The position numbers were made by a program, and so were the translations under genes. Shown one piece after another: positions 1 to 13,836 of a DNA stretch of 64,000 bases; the first letter of the stretch is position 1; every line of letters begins with the position of its first letter. This DNA comes from an uncultured Actinomycetes bacterium (lineage in GTDB: Bacteria; Actinomycetota; Thermoleophilia; Solirubrobacterales; Solirubrobacteraceae), in contig OY970266.1 in assembly GCA_963715695.1 (NCBI GenBank), forward strand, positions 786,562-850,561. The letters run 5' to 3'. Under the pieces are notes generated by a model. The model saw only the letters and a program-made list of their open reading frames with translations. It ran no database searches and was not told the origin of the DNA.

Positions 1-112
1 CGTCGAGGCTCCATTCGAGCATCGGACGACCCGCCAGCATGACGAACGCCTTGGGCCCGTCGGCGCCAAGGCGTTCACCACGACCGGCGGCCACGAGCAG
101 CGCGACCGCCAT
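1..112 (-). CDS. ispD: 2-C-methyl-D-erythritol 4-phosphate cytidylyltransferase, 5' part (runs off window start)
   Basis: Manual translation from ATG at 112: MAVALLVAAGRGERLGADGPKAFVMLAGRPMLEWSLD, the IspD AAGxGxRxG...K motif; lies directly downstream of carD. Confidence 0.9.
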   Translation of the reverse strand, partial: MAVALLVAAGRGERLGADGPKAFVMLAGRPMLEWSLD

Positions 113-131
113 AAACCGGTACCGGGAGGAG

Positions 132-707
132 CTACTCGGCCGCGACGGCCACCTTGCCGTCGGCTGAGGTCGTGAGCAGCTCGTCAAGGTGCTCCTCGGC
201 CTCGTCTTCGCCCATCTCGAGCGCGTACATCAGCTCGGAGGCGAGGATCTTCTTCGCGCGCGTGAACATCTGCTTCTCGCCCGTCGAGAGGCCCTTCTCC
301 GCCTCGCGGATCGCGAGGTTGCGCACGACTTCGGCGAGCTCGTAGATGTCGCCCGTCTTGATCTTGTCGCGGTTGTGCTTGAAGCGACGGTTCCAGTTCT
401 TCGGCATCTCGGAGCACTCGTCCTGGAGGACGGCGAGCACCTTCTTGACCGTCTCTTCGTCGATCACGCGCCGCAGGCCGGCGATCGCTGCATTCTCGGT
501 CGGGACCATGACCGTCATGTCGTTGTGAAGGATCTTGATCGTCAGGTACTCGCGCTTCTCCCCGAGGATGTCCTTCTGCTCCTTCTTGAGCACCTGGCCC
601 GCCCCGTGATGCGGGTAGACGACGTTGTCGCCGATCTCGAAGTCGATGTGCTCGACTTCGACGGTGAGCTCCAGGTCCTCGAGCTGCTCTTCGGTCAATT
701 CGCTGAT
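132..707 (-). CDS. carD: CarD family transcriptional regulator (start uncertain: ATC 707 or TTG 698)
   Basis: FEIGDNVVYPHHGAG, NWNRRFK, LSTGEKQM...AKKILASEL motifs. Confidence 0.95.
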   Translation of the reverse strand: MSELTEEQLEDLELTVEVEHIDFEIGDNVVYPHHGAGQVLKKEQKDILGEKREYLTIKILHNDMTVMVPTENAAIAGLRRVIDEETVKKVLAVLQDECSEMPKNWNRRFKHNRDKIKTGDIYELAEVVRNLAIREAEKGLSTGEKQMFTRAKKILASELMYALEMGEDEAEEHLDELLTTSADGKVAVAAE

Positions 708-752
708 GATGTCCTCCTTCTCAGGTGCTCCAGGCCATGCAGGCCCGGCTGC

Positions 753-1868
753 TCAGGTCTGCAGGTACCGGTCCACGAGGTTGATCTCCTGCTGTCGGCG
801 AAGGCCCTCGCGGATGTCCTTCGCCCGGATCTCGCCGACTCCGTCGACGGTCTCCAGCTCGCCGTCGGATGCGGCAAGCATCTCCTCCAGCCCTCCGAAC
901 TCCTCGACGATGCGCTGCACCACTTGTCTCGGCAGACGCGGGATGCGGCCGAGGATTCGGTAGCCCCGTGGTGAGACGGGGAAGTCAAGCGTGTTGATCT
1001 TGCGGTCGTAGCCGAGCAGCTCCGCGAGACGACCGAAGTCGAGCAGGTCCTGGTGCGGGAGCCGCACGAGCTGGTCGAACGCGTCGGCGAAGTGCTCGTC
1101 GGTGTCCTCGGCGAGGTAGTCGTGCACGAGCGCGCCCTTGTCGCCGGCGACGCCGACCATCGTCTCGTCGAGCTGCATCTCGATCAGGCGGCCCTCGGTG
1201 CCGAGCTCGACGATGTAGCGCTCGATCTCGACGCCCATGCGCGTGACGAGCTCGGCGCGCTGGAGCACCGTCAGCACGTCGTGCAACGTCGTGCCGCCCT
1301 CGAACTCGAGCGCGGTGAGGCGGGTGGAGACCTGGTCGAGGCGGCTGCGGTACTTGTCGAGCGTCGCGAGCGCCTGGTTCGCCTTCGCGAGCACGACGGG
1401 GATGTCCTCGAGGATGTACTTCGCTCCGTCGACGTAGAGCGAGACGACCTCGCGGCGTTGCGAGATCGCGATCACGAGCGCGTCGGTCTGCTTCGAGATG
1501 CGCTCGGCCGTGCGGTGGCGCGTGCCCGTCTCGAGCGTGTGGATCGTCGGGTCGGGCGTCAGCTGCACGTTCGCCCAGACGATCTTCGTCGCGTTCGTGG
1601 TGAGGACGAGCGCGCCGTCCATCTTCGCGAGCTGGTAGAGGAATGCCGGCGTGTAGTCGACGTCGAGCTTGAGCCCGCCGGAGAACAGGAACGCGAGGTC
1701 GTCGGCGTCGCCGATGACGAGCAGACCACCCGTACGAGCGTGGACGATGTTGTCGATCCCCTCCCGCAGCGCGGTGCCTGGGGCGACCATCTCGAGCGCC
1801 TTGACGAGCCGGGGCTCTTGGCGAGACTCGAGCTCCTCTTCGAGCTCTTCCCCGGTTCGTGGCGCCAT
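753..1868 (-). CDS. disA: DNA integrity scanning diadenylate cyclase DisA
   Basis: VAPGTALREGI, LAKMDGA, ETGTRHRTAER and C-terminal HhH (VDGVGEIRA); follows radA. Confidence 0.95.
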   Translation of the reverse strand: MAPRTGEELEEELESRQEPRLVKALEMVAPGTALREGIDNIVHARTGGLLVIGDADDLAFLFSGGLKLDVDYTPAFLYQLAKMDGALVLTTNATKIVWANVQLTPDPTIHTLETGTRHRTAERISKQTDALVIAISQRREVVSLYVDGAKYILEDIPVVLAKANQALATLDKYRSRLDQVSTRLTALEFEGGTTLHDVLTVLQRAELVTRMGVEIERYIVELGTEGRLIEMQLDETMVGVAGDKGALVHDYLAEDTDEHFADAFDQLVRLPHQDLLDFGRLAELLGYDRKINTLDFPVSPRGYRILGRIPRLPRQVVQRIVEEFGGLEEMLAASDGELETVDGVGEIRAKDIREGLRRQQEINLVDRYLQT

Positions 1869-1986
1869 TCCAATGCCCATTCTACCGGGTTCTTTCGCAA
1901 TTTTCGGCAGCGTGCAGGGATTGCTGGACGGATCGGACGGAACGGCCGCCACACAGCCCCGAGCGACCTCCCTGTCAGGCTGCCTG

Positions 1987-3384
1987 TCAGGCTGCCTGCG
2001 AGGCGCGCGTGGGCCTTTCTCCCTGCTCTCGCGGCCGCGAGCGGAGCGTGCGCAGCGCAGCGCGCAACGTGCCGACCTCGGGCTGCACGACGGTGCGCAA
2101 CCCGAACTTCGCCGCCTCCGCGAGCCGGCGCTCGGGGTGCGCAACCGTCCGCAGCTCACCGGTCAGGCCGAGCTCACCGAAGCAGGCGAGCGGCGGGCCG
2201 CTCTCCTCGGCCGCGGGGACGCCGCGCGAGGCGCTCGCAACGGCCAGCGCGATCGCGAGGTCGGCGCCCGGCTCCTCGACGCGCACGCCGCCGACGACGT
2301 TCACGAACACGTCGGCGCCGCCGAGCGCGACGCCTCCATGCCGCGCGAGCACGGCGAGCACGAGCGCGAGGCGGTTGCGATCGATCCCGCTCGCGATCCG
2401 CCGCGGCGGCACGAGCTCGGACGGCGAGACGAGCGCCTGCACCTCGACGAGCAGCGGCCGCGAGCCCTCCATCGCGCACAGCACGACGCTGCCGGCGGCG
2501 CGCGTCGCCTCGCCGACGAAGCGCGCGGAGGCGTCGAGCACCTCGACGAGCCCGTCGCTGCGCATCTCGAACACGCCGGCCTCGCTCGTCGAGCCGAAGC
2601 GGTTCTTCAGCGCGCGCAGCGTGCGGTAGGTGCGCTCGCGCTCGCCTTCGAACTGCAGCACGCAGTCGACGAGGTGCTCGAGCACGCGCGGGCCGGCGAG
2701 CGCTCCCTCCTTCGTCACGTGACCGACGAGCAGGACAGCGATCCCGTGCACCTTCGCGACGCGCATGATCTCCCCGGCCACCTCGCGCACCTGCCCGACG
2801 GAGCCGGGCGCACCGGTCAGCTCGGCCGCGTGGAGCGTCTGCACGGAGTCGATCACGCAGACCTGCGGGCGCTCGCGCTCGAGCGTCGCGAGCACGGTCC
2901 CGAGGTCGGTCTCGGCGATCGTCGGGATCTGCAAGGCGTGGTCGCCCGGCAGCCGCTCGGCGCGCAGCTTGATCTGCGCTGCCGACTCCTCCGCCGAGAC
3001 GTAGAGCGTCTTGCGCCCGGCGCCGGCGAGGTTCGCGAGCGCCATCGTCGTGAGCGTCGACTTGCCGATCCCCGGCGAGCCGCCGATCAGCACGAGCGAG
3101 CCGGGCACGATCCCGCCGCCGAGCACGCGGTCGAGCTCGCCGATGCCGGTCGGCAGGCGCGCGACGTCGGCCGCCTCGACGCTGCCGAGCGGGACCGGCG
3201 TGACCGCGCGACCGGCGCCGCGCGCCGCGCCCACGCCGCCGCCACGTCGCCCCGCCGCCACCGGCCGCGCGACCGCCTCCTCGACGAGCGTGTTCCAGGC
3301 ATCGCAGCCGGGGCACTGGCCGTGCCAGCGCGGGGTTTCGTGCCCGCAGTCGGAGCAGACGTGGATCGATGTGGCGCGTGCCAT
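1987..3384 (-). CDS. radA: DNA repair protein RadA/Sms
   Basis: C4 zinc finger CSDCG...GQCPGCDAWNT, Walker A GSPGIGKST, KNRFG motif. Confidence 0.97.
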   Translation of the reverse strand: MARATSIHVCSDCGHETPRWHGQCPGCDAWNTLVEEAVARPVAAGRRGGGVGAARGAGRAVTPVPLGSVEAADVARLPTGIGELDRVLGGGIVPGSLVLIGGSPGIGKSTLTTMALANLAGAGRKTLYVSAEESAAQIKLRAERLPGDHALQIPTIAETDLGTVLATLERERPQVCVIDSVQTLHAAELTGAPGSVGQVREVAGEIMRVAKVHGIAVLLVGHVTKEGALAGPRVLEHLVDCVLQFEGERERTYRTLRALKNRFGSTSEAGVFEMRSDGLVEVLDASARFVGEATRAAGSVVLCAMEGSRPLLVEVQALVSPSELVPPRRIASGIDRNRLALVLAVLARHGGVALGGADVFVNVVGGVRVEEPGADLAIALAVASASRGVPAAEESGPPLACFGELGLTGELRTVAHPERRLAEAAKFGLRTVVQPEVGTLRAALRTLRSRPREQGERPTRASQAA

Positions 3385-3488
3385 GGACGGGTCAGCGTAC
3401 GCCTGGGTGGGGACGGGTCTCTGCTCCGTGGGTGGTGCCCGGGAGGGTGGTGCTCCGCTCGTCTTGCGGTGTTGGCGGCGTCAGCGTG

Positions 3489-3716
3489 CGCTGACAAACA
3501 GGACATCGAGGGGGCGAGCGGCGGGGACTTGGGCGCTGACGCGTGTGGCGCTCGTTGCGAAGTGCGGGTCTGGCGCGCCTGTTTCCCACATCCCTGGTGC
3601 GCCCGCGTTGAGGAGCGCGGATCTGTGTCCCTCACAGGGACACAAAGTCACGGTGGTCGTTTTCGGACATCGAGATCCGCCCTCTGAGGCGCCGGCCGCG
3701 CTGAAAGCGCCACCCT
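3489..3716 (+). repeat. Diverged intergenic repeat, copy 1 (MITE/REPIN-like; one terminal arm degenerate)
   Basis: Aligns by eye to the reverse complement of 12544-12774, including the internal hairpin TGTGTCCCT-CAC-AGGGACACA. Confidence 0.8.
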
Positions 3717-3738
3717 CAGCGGCGCGCGAGCGAAGCGC

Positions 3739-3966
3739 TCAGCCGTCGAGCCCGAGCCTCGCCGCGCGCACGCATGAGGCGAAGCCGCTCGCCTTGTGCG
3801 AGGCGTCGCAGAACGGCTTCGTGCGCGACTGCCCGCAGCGGCAGAGGACGATTGGGCGCGAGCCGTCGTAGACGAGCTCGTCGCCCTCGGCGTCGATCAG
3901 GCGCACCGGGCCGGTGACCTTGTACGGCCCGTTGTCGCGCACCTTGATCTCGACCGGGTCGGCCAT
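3739..3966 (-). CDS. CDGSH iron-sulfur domain protein
   Basis: DNGPYKV...[17 protein letters not shown]. Confidence 0.9.
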   Translation of the reverse strand: MADPVEIKVRDNGPYKVTGPVRLIDAEGDELVYDGSRPIVLCRCGQSRTKPFCDASHKASGFASCVRAARLGLDG

Positions 3967-3991
3967 GCGCGTCGTGGGGCGCGAGCGCCGG

Positions 3992-8299
<4,308 letters not shown>

Positions 8300-8323
8300 G
8301 GCGGGTGGAGGCCCGGCCCCGAC

Positions 8324-8809
8324 CTACGTCAGGCCGATGTCGATCTTCGTGACCTTCAGCTCGCGCTGCTTGCCGTTCGGCAGCAGCACCACGACGATCT
8401 CGTTGCGCTTGCGGCCGAGCAGCGCCTTGCCGACGGGCGACTCGTTCGAGAGCTTGCGCTCGGCCGGGTTCGCCTCGGCGGAGCCGACGATCGTGTACGT
8501 CTCGCTCTTGCCGCTGCCCTGGTCCTTGACGTGGACCGTCGAGCCGACGCCGACGATGTCCGTGCCGAGGTCGGAGGCGTCGATCACCGTCGCAGCGCGG
8601 AGCTTTTCCTCGAGCTGGGCGATCTTGGCCTCGAGCATCGCCTGCTCGTTCTTCGCGTCGTCGTACTCGGCGTTCTCGGAGATGTCGCCGAACTCGCGCG
8701 CCTCCTTGATGCGAGCGGCAACCTCGCGGCGCTTCTCGCTGGAGAGGAACTCGAGCTCGGACTTGAGCTTCGTGAGTCCGTCCGGCGTGAGGATGACGTC
8801 CTTGGGCAT
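8324..8809 (-). CDS. greA: Transcription elongation factor GreA
   Basis: AREFGDISENAEYDDAKNEQ, SNESPVGKALLG. Confidence 0.97.
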   Translation of the reverse strand: MPKDVILTPDGLTKLKSELEFLSSEKRREVAARIKEAREFGDISENAEYDDAKNEQAMLEAKIAQLEEKLRAATVIDASDLGTDIVGVGSTVHVKDQGSGKSETYTIVGSAEANPAERKLSNESPVGKALLGRKRNEIVVVLLPNGKQRELKVTKIDIGLT

Positions 8810-8857
8810 AGCGTGACCTTGGCGTGGCGATTGACGAGCACAGCGCGTCGCCAGGAA

Positions 8858-8919
8858 CGAGAAAACCCGCACAACGGCGGGAATTCCAACGAGACCTGCT
8901 CGACGGGCGCGGAAGTATA
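8858..8919 (-). promoter_or_regulatory. greA promoter (-10 TATACT) and leader hairpin with U-tract (candidate attenuator)
   Basis: Minus strand TATACT at 8919-8914; CCCGC-CGTTGT-GCGGG followed by TTTTCT at about 8881-8860, upstream of the greA ATG. Confidence 0.55.
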
Positions 8920-8979
8920 GCGCCGCTCCCAGCGTCGCTCGGAAAACGACCGATCCGGATGTCTGCGCGCGCGGGGGCG

Positions 8980-9980
8980 CTAGGCCGCGGCGGCGAGCGT
9001 CTCGATGCCGAATGCGACCCGCGCCTCGGCCGTCGACGCCGAGCGCTGGAGCCGATCCTGCAGCACCTTCCCCTCGCCGAGCTTCGTGACGTACCAGGGG
9101 TAGAACTTGCGCAGGTAGCGCGCTGCGCGTGCCTCGCCGAGATGCTCGACGGCGCGCTCGAGCACCCAGTCGACCTCGCGCAGGATCTCCTCGCGCGTCG
9201 GCTCGGTCGTCGCGCGTGCCGAGCACCTGCTCGAACAGCCACGGGTTGCCGAAGCGAGCCGCGTGCCAGCAGCACGGCGGCGGCGCCGGTCTGCTCGAAG
9301 ACCTCTTGCACTTTCGTCGCGTTCATCAGCCCGCCGGAGATCAGCACCGGCACCGGCAGTTCCTCGACGAGCGCGCGCGCGAGCTCGTAGTCGGGCTTGC
9401 CGCCATGGCCCTGCTTCGCGTGACGCGGATGGATGCAGAGGCCGGCGACGCCGGCCTCCGCGACGAGCCGGTGCGCCGTCTCGATCCCGTTGCGGTCGCC
9501 CGGACGGAAGCCGGGGCGCAGCTTGACGGTGACCGGCAGGCCGCTGCCCTCGTGCGCGGCACGCGCGACCGCTACAGCGCGGTCAGGATCGGCGAGCAGT
9601 GCCGCGCCGGCGCCGGTCTTGCAGACCTTCGGCACGGGACAGCCCATGTTCAGGTCGATGAAGTCGGCACCCGTCTCGGCGACGCGCGCGGCGGCGCTCG
9701 CCATGATGTCCGGGTCGGCGCCGAACAGCTGGATCGAGATCGGGCCGCCGGGCCCTGCCGTGCGCTCCTCCGGGTGGATCCGCAGCAGCTCCGTGCACGT
9801 TCTCTCGTTGCCGTGGTGGATCGCGTGGCTGGAGACCATCTCGGAGACGGTGAAGCCGGCTCCGTAGCGCTTCGCCTGCAGCCGCACGAACCAGTTGCCG
9901 ATGCCCGCCAGCGGGGCGAGCACCACGCGGTTCGGGATCTCGATCCCGCCGAGCGTCCAGGAGTCGGTGAGCTTGCGCAT
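8980..9980 (-). CDS. dusB: tRNA-dihydrouridine synthase DusB family (apparent frameshifts near 9190-9260)
   Basis: VVLAPLAG, IDLNMGCPVPKV...GAGAALL, VTVKLR, IHPR; C-terminal LRKFYPWY in ORF 8980..9165. Confidence 0.9.
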
Positions 9981-10011
9981 CGACGCCAATGGTAAGCGTA
10001 GGGTCACGACG

Positions 10012-10770
10012 ATGCCGGAGCTGTGCGCAGCGGACCTCGACGTCGAGCGGCTCGGATCGGGCCCGCCGGTGCTGTTCGTGCCCGGCACCGTCGTCGGCGC
10101 CGAGCGCACCTGGCGCCAGCAGCGCTCGCTCGCCGCGCGCTGGACGCTGCTGCTGGTGCAGCGGCCCGGCTTCGGCGCGAGCCCGCCGCTCGCGCGCGGC
10201 GACTTCGAGGCCGAGGCGCCGCTGATCGCCGAGCTGCTGGGCGACGGCGCGCACCTGGTCGGGCATTCCTACGGGGCGGTGATCGCGCTGCTCGCCGCTG
10301 CGCTGCGGCCCGAGGCGGTGCTGTCGCTGACAGTCTCCGAGCCGGGCGCGCTGCGACTCGCCGCCGGCGATCCGGCGGTCGACGAGATGATCGCGAACGG
10401 CGAGGAGCTGTACCGGCACAGCGCGACGCTCTCGCCACTCGACTTCGTGCGGTTCTTCCGCTCCGGCGCCGGCTCGGCGAACGAGACGCCGGACGAGCTG
10501 CCGGCATGGCTCGAGCGCGGTGCGCTGCACGTGATGACCGAGCGCCCGTCGTGGGAGGCGGAGATCCCGCTCGCCACCCTCGCCGCGGCAGCGTTCCCGA
10601 AGCTCGTGATCTCCGGCGGCCACTCGCCCGTCTTCGAGGCCGTCAGCGACGCGCTCGCCGGCGCGATCGACGCCGAGCGCGCGACGATCCCCGGCCGCGG
10701 CCACACGGTCCCGTCGACCGGTGAGCCGTACAACGCCCTGCTGGAGGCATTTCTGCGCGCTGCTGGCTGA
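10012..10770 (+). CDS. Alpha/beta fold hydrolase
   Basis: RPGFGAS, nucleophile elbow GHSYG, C-terminal GRGH. Confidence 0.85.
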   Translation: MPELCAADLDVERLGSGPPVLFVPGTVVGAERTWRQQRSLAARWTLLLVQRPGFGASPPLARGDFEAEAPLIAELLGDGAHLVGHSYGAVIALLAAALRPEAVLSLTVSEPGALRLAAGDPAVDEMIANGEELYRHSATLSPLDFVRFFRSGAGSANETPDELPAWLERGALHVMTERPSWEAEIPLATLAAAAFPKLVISGGHSPVFEAVSDALAGAIDAERATIPGRGHTVPSTGEPYNALLEAFLRAAG

Positions 10771-10865
10771 CGGATGGATCGGCGTGCCTGGCAAGGACGC
10801 AGGGAGCGTGGCCTGCCCAGGCAGGCGAGCGACCGAGGACACCGCCAGGCGCGCCGAGGCGCCCG

Positions 10866-11633
10866 TCAGGTCGAGTTCAGCTGGTGGAGGAGGCGGAGGC
10901 CGTTGAGCGTGAGGAGGTCGTCGGTCTCGTCGATCTCCTCGGTCGAGGGCACGATCGCGCTGGCGAGGCCGCCGGTGGCGATCGTGGCGGTCTCGGGGCC
11001 GAGCTCCTCGCGCAAGCGGCGGACGATGCCGTCGACGAGGCCGGCAAAGCCGTAGACGACTCCAGAGCGGATCGCGTCGACCGTCGTCTTGCCGATCACC
11101 GAGCGCGGCGCGACGAGGTCGATCTTCGGCAGCGCCGCAGCGCGCTCGGTGAGCGCTTCCATCGAGATCTCGACGCCCGGCGCGATCACGCCGCCGAGGT
11201 ACTCGCCCTCGGCCGAGACAGGATCGAACGTGATCGCCGTGCCGAAGTCGACGACGACGCAGGCGTCGCCGACGCGCTCGTACGCGGCTACCGCGTTGAC
11301 GAGCCGGTCGGCGCCGATCTCGCGCGGGTTCTCGTAGCGGATCGGCATGCCCGTGCGGATCCCGGGTCCGACGACGAGCATCGTGTGCGCGAGGTAGCGC
11401 TCGCCGGCCTGCTGCCATTCGGCGCCGAGCTGCGGCACGGTCGAGGAGACGATCGACCCCTGCAGGTCGGCGAAGCCGAGGCCGCGCAGCGCGAGCAGGT
11501 TCGCGAGCTTCGCGCTGAGCTCGTCGGCCGTCGAGTCGCGCACGGTCGCGAAGCGCCAGTGCTGCGTCAACTCGACGCCGTCGAACGTGCCGAAGTGGGT
11601 CTGCGTGTTGCCGACGTCGACGACGAGAAGCAT
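10866..11633 (-). CDS. coaX: Type III pantothenate kinase
   Basis: LVVDVGNT, EIGADR, VVDFGTAITFD, ATGGLA. Confidence 0.96.
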   Translation of the reverse strand: MLLVVDVGNTQTHFGTFDGVELTQHWRFATVRDSTADELSAKLANLLALRGLGFADLQGSIVSSTVPQLGAEWQQAGERYLAHTMLVVGPGIRTGMPIRYENPREIGADRLVNAVAAYERVGDACVVVDFGTAITFDPVSAEGEYLGGVIAPGVEISMEALTERAAALPKIDLVAPRSVIGKTTVDAIRSGVVYGFAGLVDGIVRRLREELGPETATIATGGLASAIVPSTEEIDETDDLLTLNGLRLLHQLNST

Positions 11634-11721
11634 GGGCCGGGAAGTATCGCGCCTGGCGCGGCAGCGCGGCAGCGCGGTCGAGCGGCGCATTCTGCGTGCA
11701 GGCGCGCCTATGCTCGGCGCG

Positions 11722-12441
11722 ATGCCGCACACGCTCTACGTGATCCATGGCTCGCACCCCTGCGTGAGCGCGAAGCGGGCACTCGAGCTGAAGCGCCAGC
11801 CGTATCGGATCGTCGAGTACGTCCCGGCGCTGCACGTGCCCGCGCAGTGGCTGCGCTTCCGCCGCCTGACCGTTCCGGCGCTCGTGCTCGGCAACGGCGA
11901 GACGATCGTCGGCTCGCGCGCGATCGTCCACCGTCTCGACCAGCTCGTGCCGGATCCGCCGCTGCTGCCCGCTGCCGCAGAGGAGCGCGCGCGCGTGGTC
12001 GAGGCGGAGCGCTGGGGCGACGAGATCTTCCAGGACATCCCGCGACGGATGGTGTGGGCCGGGATCCGCCAACGCCCGGACGCTTCGCACAGCTACGCGG
12101 AGGGCTCGCAGCTGCCGATCCCGGCGCCGATCCGTGCTGTCTCCACCCCGCTGATCAGCCGCGTCGCCGCCTGGCGCAACCGCGCGACGCCCGAGAACGC
12201 CCGCGCCGACCTCGCCGCACTGCCCGGCCACCTCGACCGCATCGACGCCTGGATCGCCGACGGCACGATGGGCGGCGAGCAGCCGAACGCAGCCGACCTC
12301 CAGATCGCACCGGCCGTCCGCCTGCTCGGCACGTTCGCCGACATCTGGCCGATGCTCCAGGGACGCGCGTCGTGGGAGCTGGCGCAGCGCTTGTTCCCTG
12401 CGTATGCGGGCGAGATGCCGGCGGGTGCGTTGCCGGTCTGA
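11722..12441 (+). CDS. Glutathione S-transferase family protein
   Basis: GSHPC, TVPAL...GSRAI, C-terminal NAADL motif. Confidence 0.85.
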   Translation: MPHTLYVIHGSHPCVSAKRALELKRQPYRIVEYVPALHVPAQWLRFRRLTVPALVLGNGETIVGSRAIVHRLDQLVPDPPLLPAAAEERARVVEAERWGDEIFQDIPRRMVWAGIRQRPDASHSYAEGSQLPIPAPIRAVSTPLISRVAAWRNRATPENARADLAALPGHLDRIDAWIADGTMGGEQPNAADLQIAPAVRLLGTFADIWPMLQGRASWELAQRLFPAYAGEMPAGALPV

Positions 12442-12506
12442 GCTGGCGGGCTGCTTGGCGCTGAGGCTGGCGCTCCGCTTGGCGTGTCTGCTTAGCCCGG
12501 GGCGTT

Positions 12507-12774
12507 CGCCGACAAACAGCATCCATCGAGGGGCGAGCGGCGGGGGTGGCGGTTTCAGCGCCGGTGGCGCCCAACGGGTGCCCGTACGGCATGTCTGAAA
12601 ACCACCACTGCACCTTTGTGGGTCTCACAAACCCACAACTCTGCTCTCCTCCACATGGGCGCACTAAGGATGTGGGTAACACGCACGCCAGGCCCGCGCT
12701 TCACAACGAGCGCCACACATGCCGGCGCCCAAGCCCCCGCCGCTCGCTCCCTCGATGGATGCTTTTTGTCGGCG
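12507..12774. mobile_element. MITE/REPIN-like non-autonomous element with about 40-bp terminal inverted repeats (copy 2)
   Basis: 12507-12546 CGCCGACAAACAGCATCCATCGAGGGGCGAGCGGCGGGGG versus 12734-12774, near-perfect reverse complement; internal hairpin; homologous to 3489-3716; no credible ORF. Confidence 0.7.
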
Positions 12775-12829
12775 CGCGTTTCGTCGGCAGCGGACGTAGG
12801 CCAAGCGGAGTGCCACCCAACGGAGCGCG

Positions 12830-13387
12830 TCAGACGAGCGGCGGCCCGGCGCGCAGCACGCGCTCGCCCCCCGGCAGCGCCGCGAGCGCGTCGGCGAGGC
12901 GCAGCCCGGCCGGCGTCGCGAGCGAGGGGTCCAGCTCCAGCAGCGGCACGAGCACGAAGCGCCGGCTCGTGACCTCGGCGTGCGGGAGCGTCAGCTGCTC
13001 GGAGGCGTAGTCGACCGAGCCGAGCAGCAGCACGTCCACGTCGATCGGGCGCGGTGCATGGCGGACGCCGCCAGGCTCGCGGCCCAGCTCGCGCTCGACG
13101 GCCTTGCACGCGTCGAGCAGCGCTTCCGGCTCGTGCGCGGTCGCGATCCGCAGGCAGGCGTTGAGGAAGTCCGGCTGGTCGAGGATCTCGCCGACCGGCT
13201 CGGTCTCGTACGTCGAGGAGGAGGCGAGCACGCGCACGCCATGGCGTGGCAGTGCGTCGACGGCGGCGCTGAGCTGCGCGCGGCGGTCGCCGACGTTCGA
13301 GCCCAAGCCGAGGTAGCCGACGCGCTCGCCCGGCGCGAGGCAGGCCTGCGCGCCGCGGGCCGCTCCAGCGTCCTGCGCCCCGCTCAT
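12830..13387 (-). CDS. folK: 2-amino-4-hydroxy-6-hydroxymethyldihydropteridine diphosphokinase
   Basis: YLGLGSNVGDR, YETEP, QPDFLN, PRPIDVDVL, RRFVLVPL. Confidence 0.96.
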   Translation of the reverse strand: MSGAQDAGAARGAQACLAPGERVGYLGLGSNVGDRRAQLSAAVDALPRHGVRVLASSSTYETEPVGEILDQPDFLNACLRIATAHEPEALLDACKAVERELGREPGGVRHAPRPIDVDVLLLGSVDYASEQLTLPHAEVTSRRFVLVPLLELDPSLATPAGLRLADALAALPGGERVLRAGPPLV

Positions 13388-13836
13388 CCGGCTTCGCGGA
13401 AGACCTCGACCGAGACCTCCTCGACCGGCAGCGGGATCGGCGGCTCGGGCTTCGCCGCCTTCACCCACACCGACTCGGTCTCGTACTGCTCGATCAGGCG
13501 ATCCGCGATCGCCGTGCAGAGCCGCTCGAGCGTCTTGTACGAGCGCTGCTGCGCGACGAGCGCGACGACCTGGCAGACGTCGCCGTAGTCGATCGTGTCC
13601 TCGACGCGGTCGGTCAGCGTCGCATCGCATTCACCGACCTCGAGCCGCAGGTCGATCACGAGCCGCTGGCCGACCTCGCGCTCCGCCTCGCTGACGCCAT
13701 GGTGCGTGTAGAGCGAGAGGCCGCTGATCTCGATCGTGACGACGGGCTCGGAAGGCTCGTCGTCCTCGTCGACGTCGTCATCGTCGTCGAGGCGGTCCTC
13801 GAACTCGTCCTCGTGCGCGTCTTCCTCGGGGCTCAT
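13384..13836 (-). CDS. folB: Dihydroneopterin aldolase with acidic N-terminal extension
   Basis: YTHHGVSEAEREVGQR, TIDYGDV, TLERL, KPEPPI; 4-bp overlaps with folP and folK. Confidence 0.95.
   Translation of the reverse strand: MSPEEDAHEDEFEDRLDDDDDVDEDDEPSEPVVTIEISGLSLYTHHGVSEAEREVGQRLVIDLRLEVGECDATLTDRVEDTIDYGDVCQVVALVAQQRSYKTLERLCTAIADRLIEQYETESVWVKAAKPEPPIPLPVEEVSVEVFREAG

Noticed and set aside
44-76. Hairpin GAACGCCTTGG...CCAAGGCGTTC as the carD terminator
   Set aside because: It lies within the ispD coding sequence and has no U-tract.
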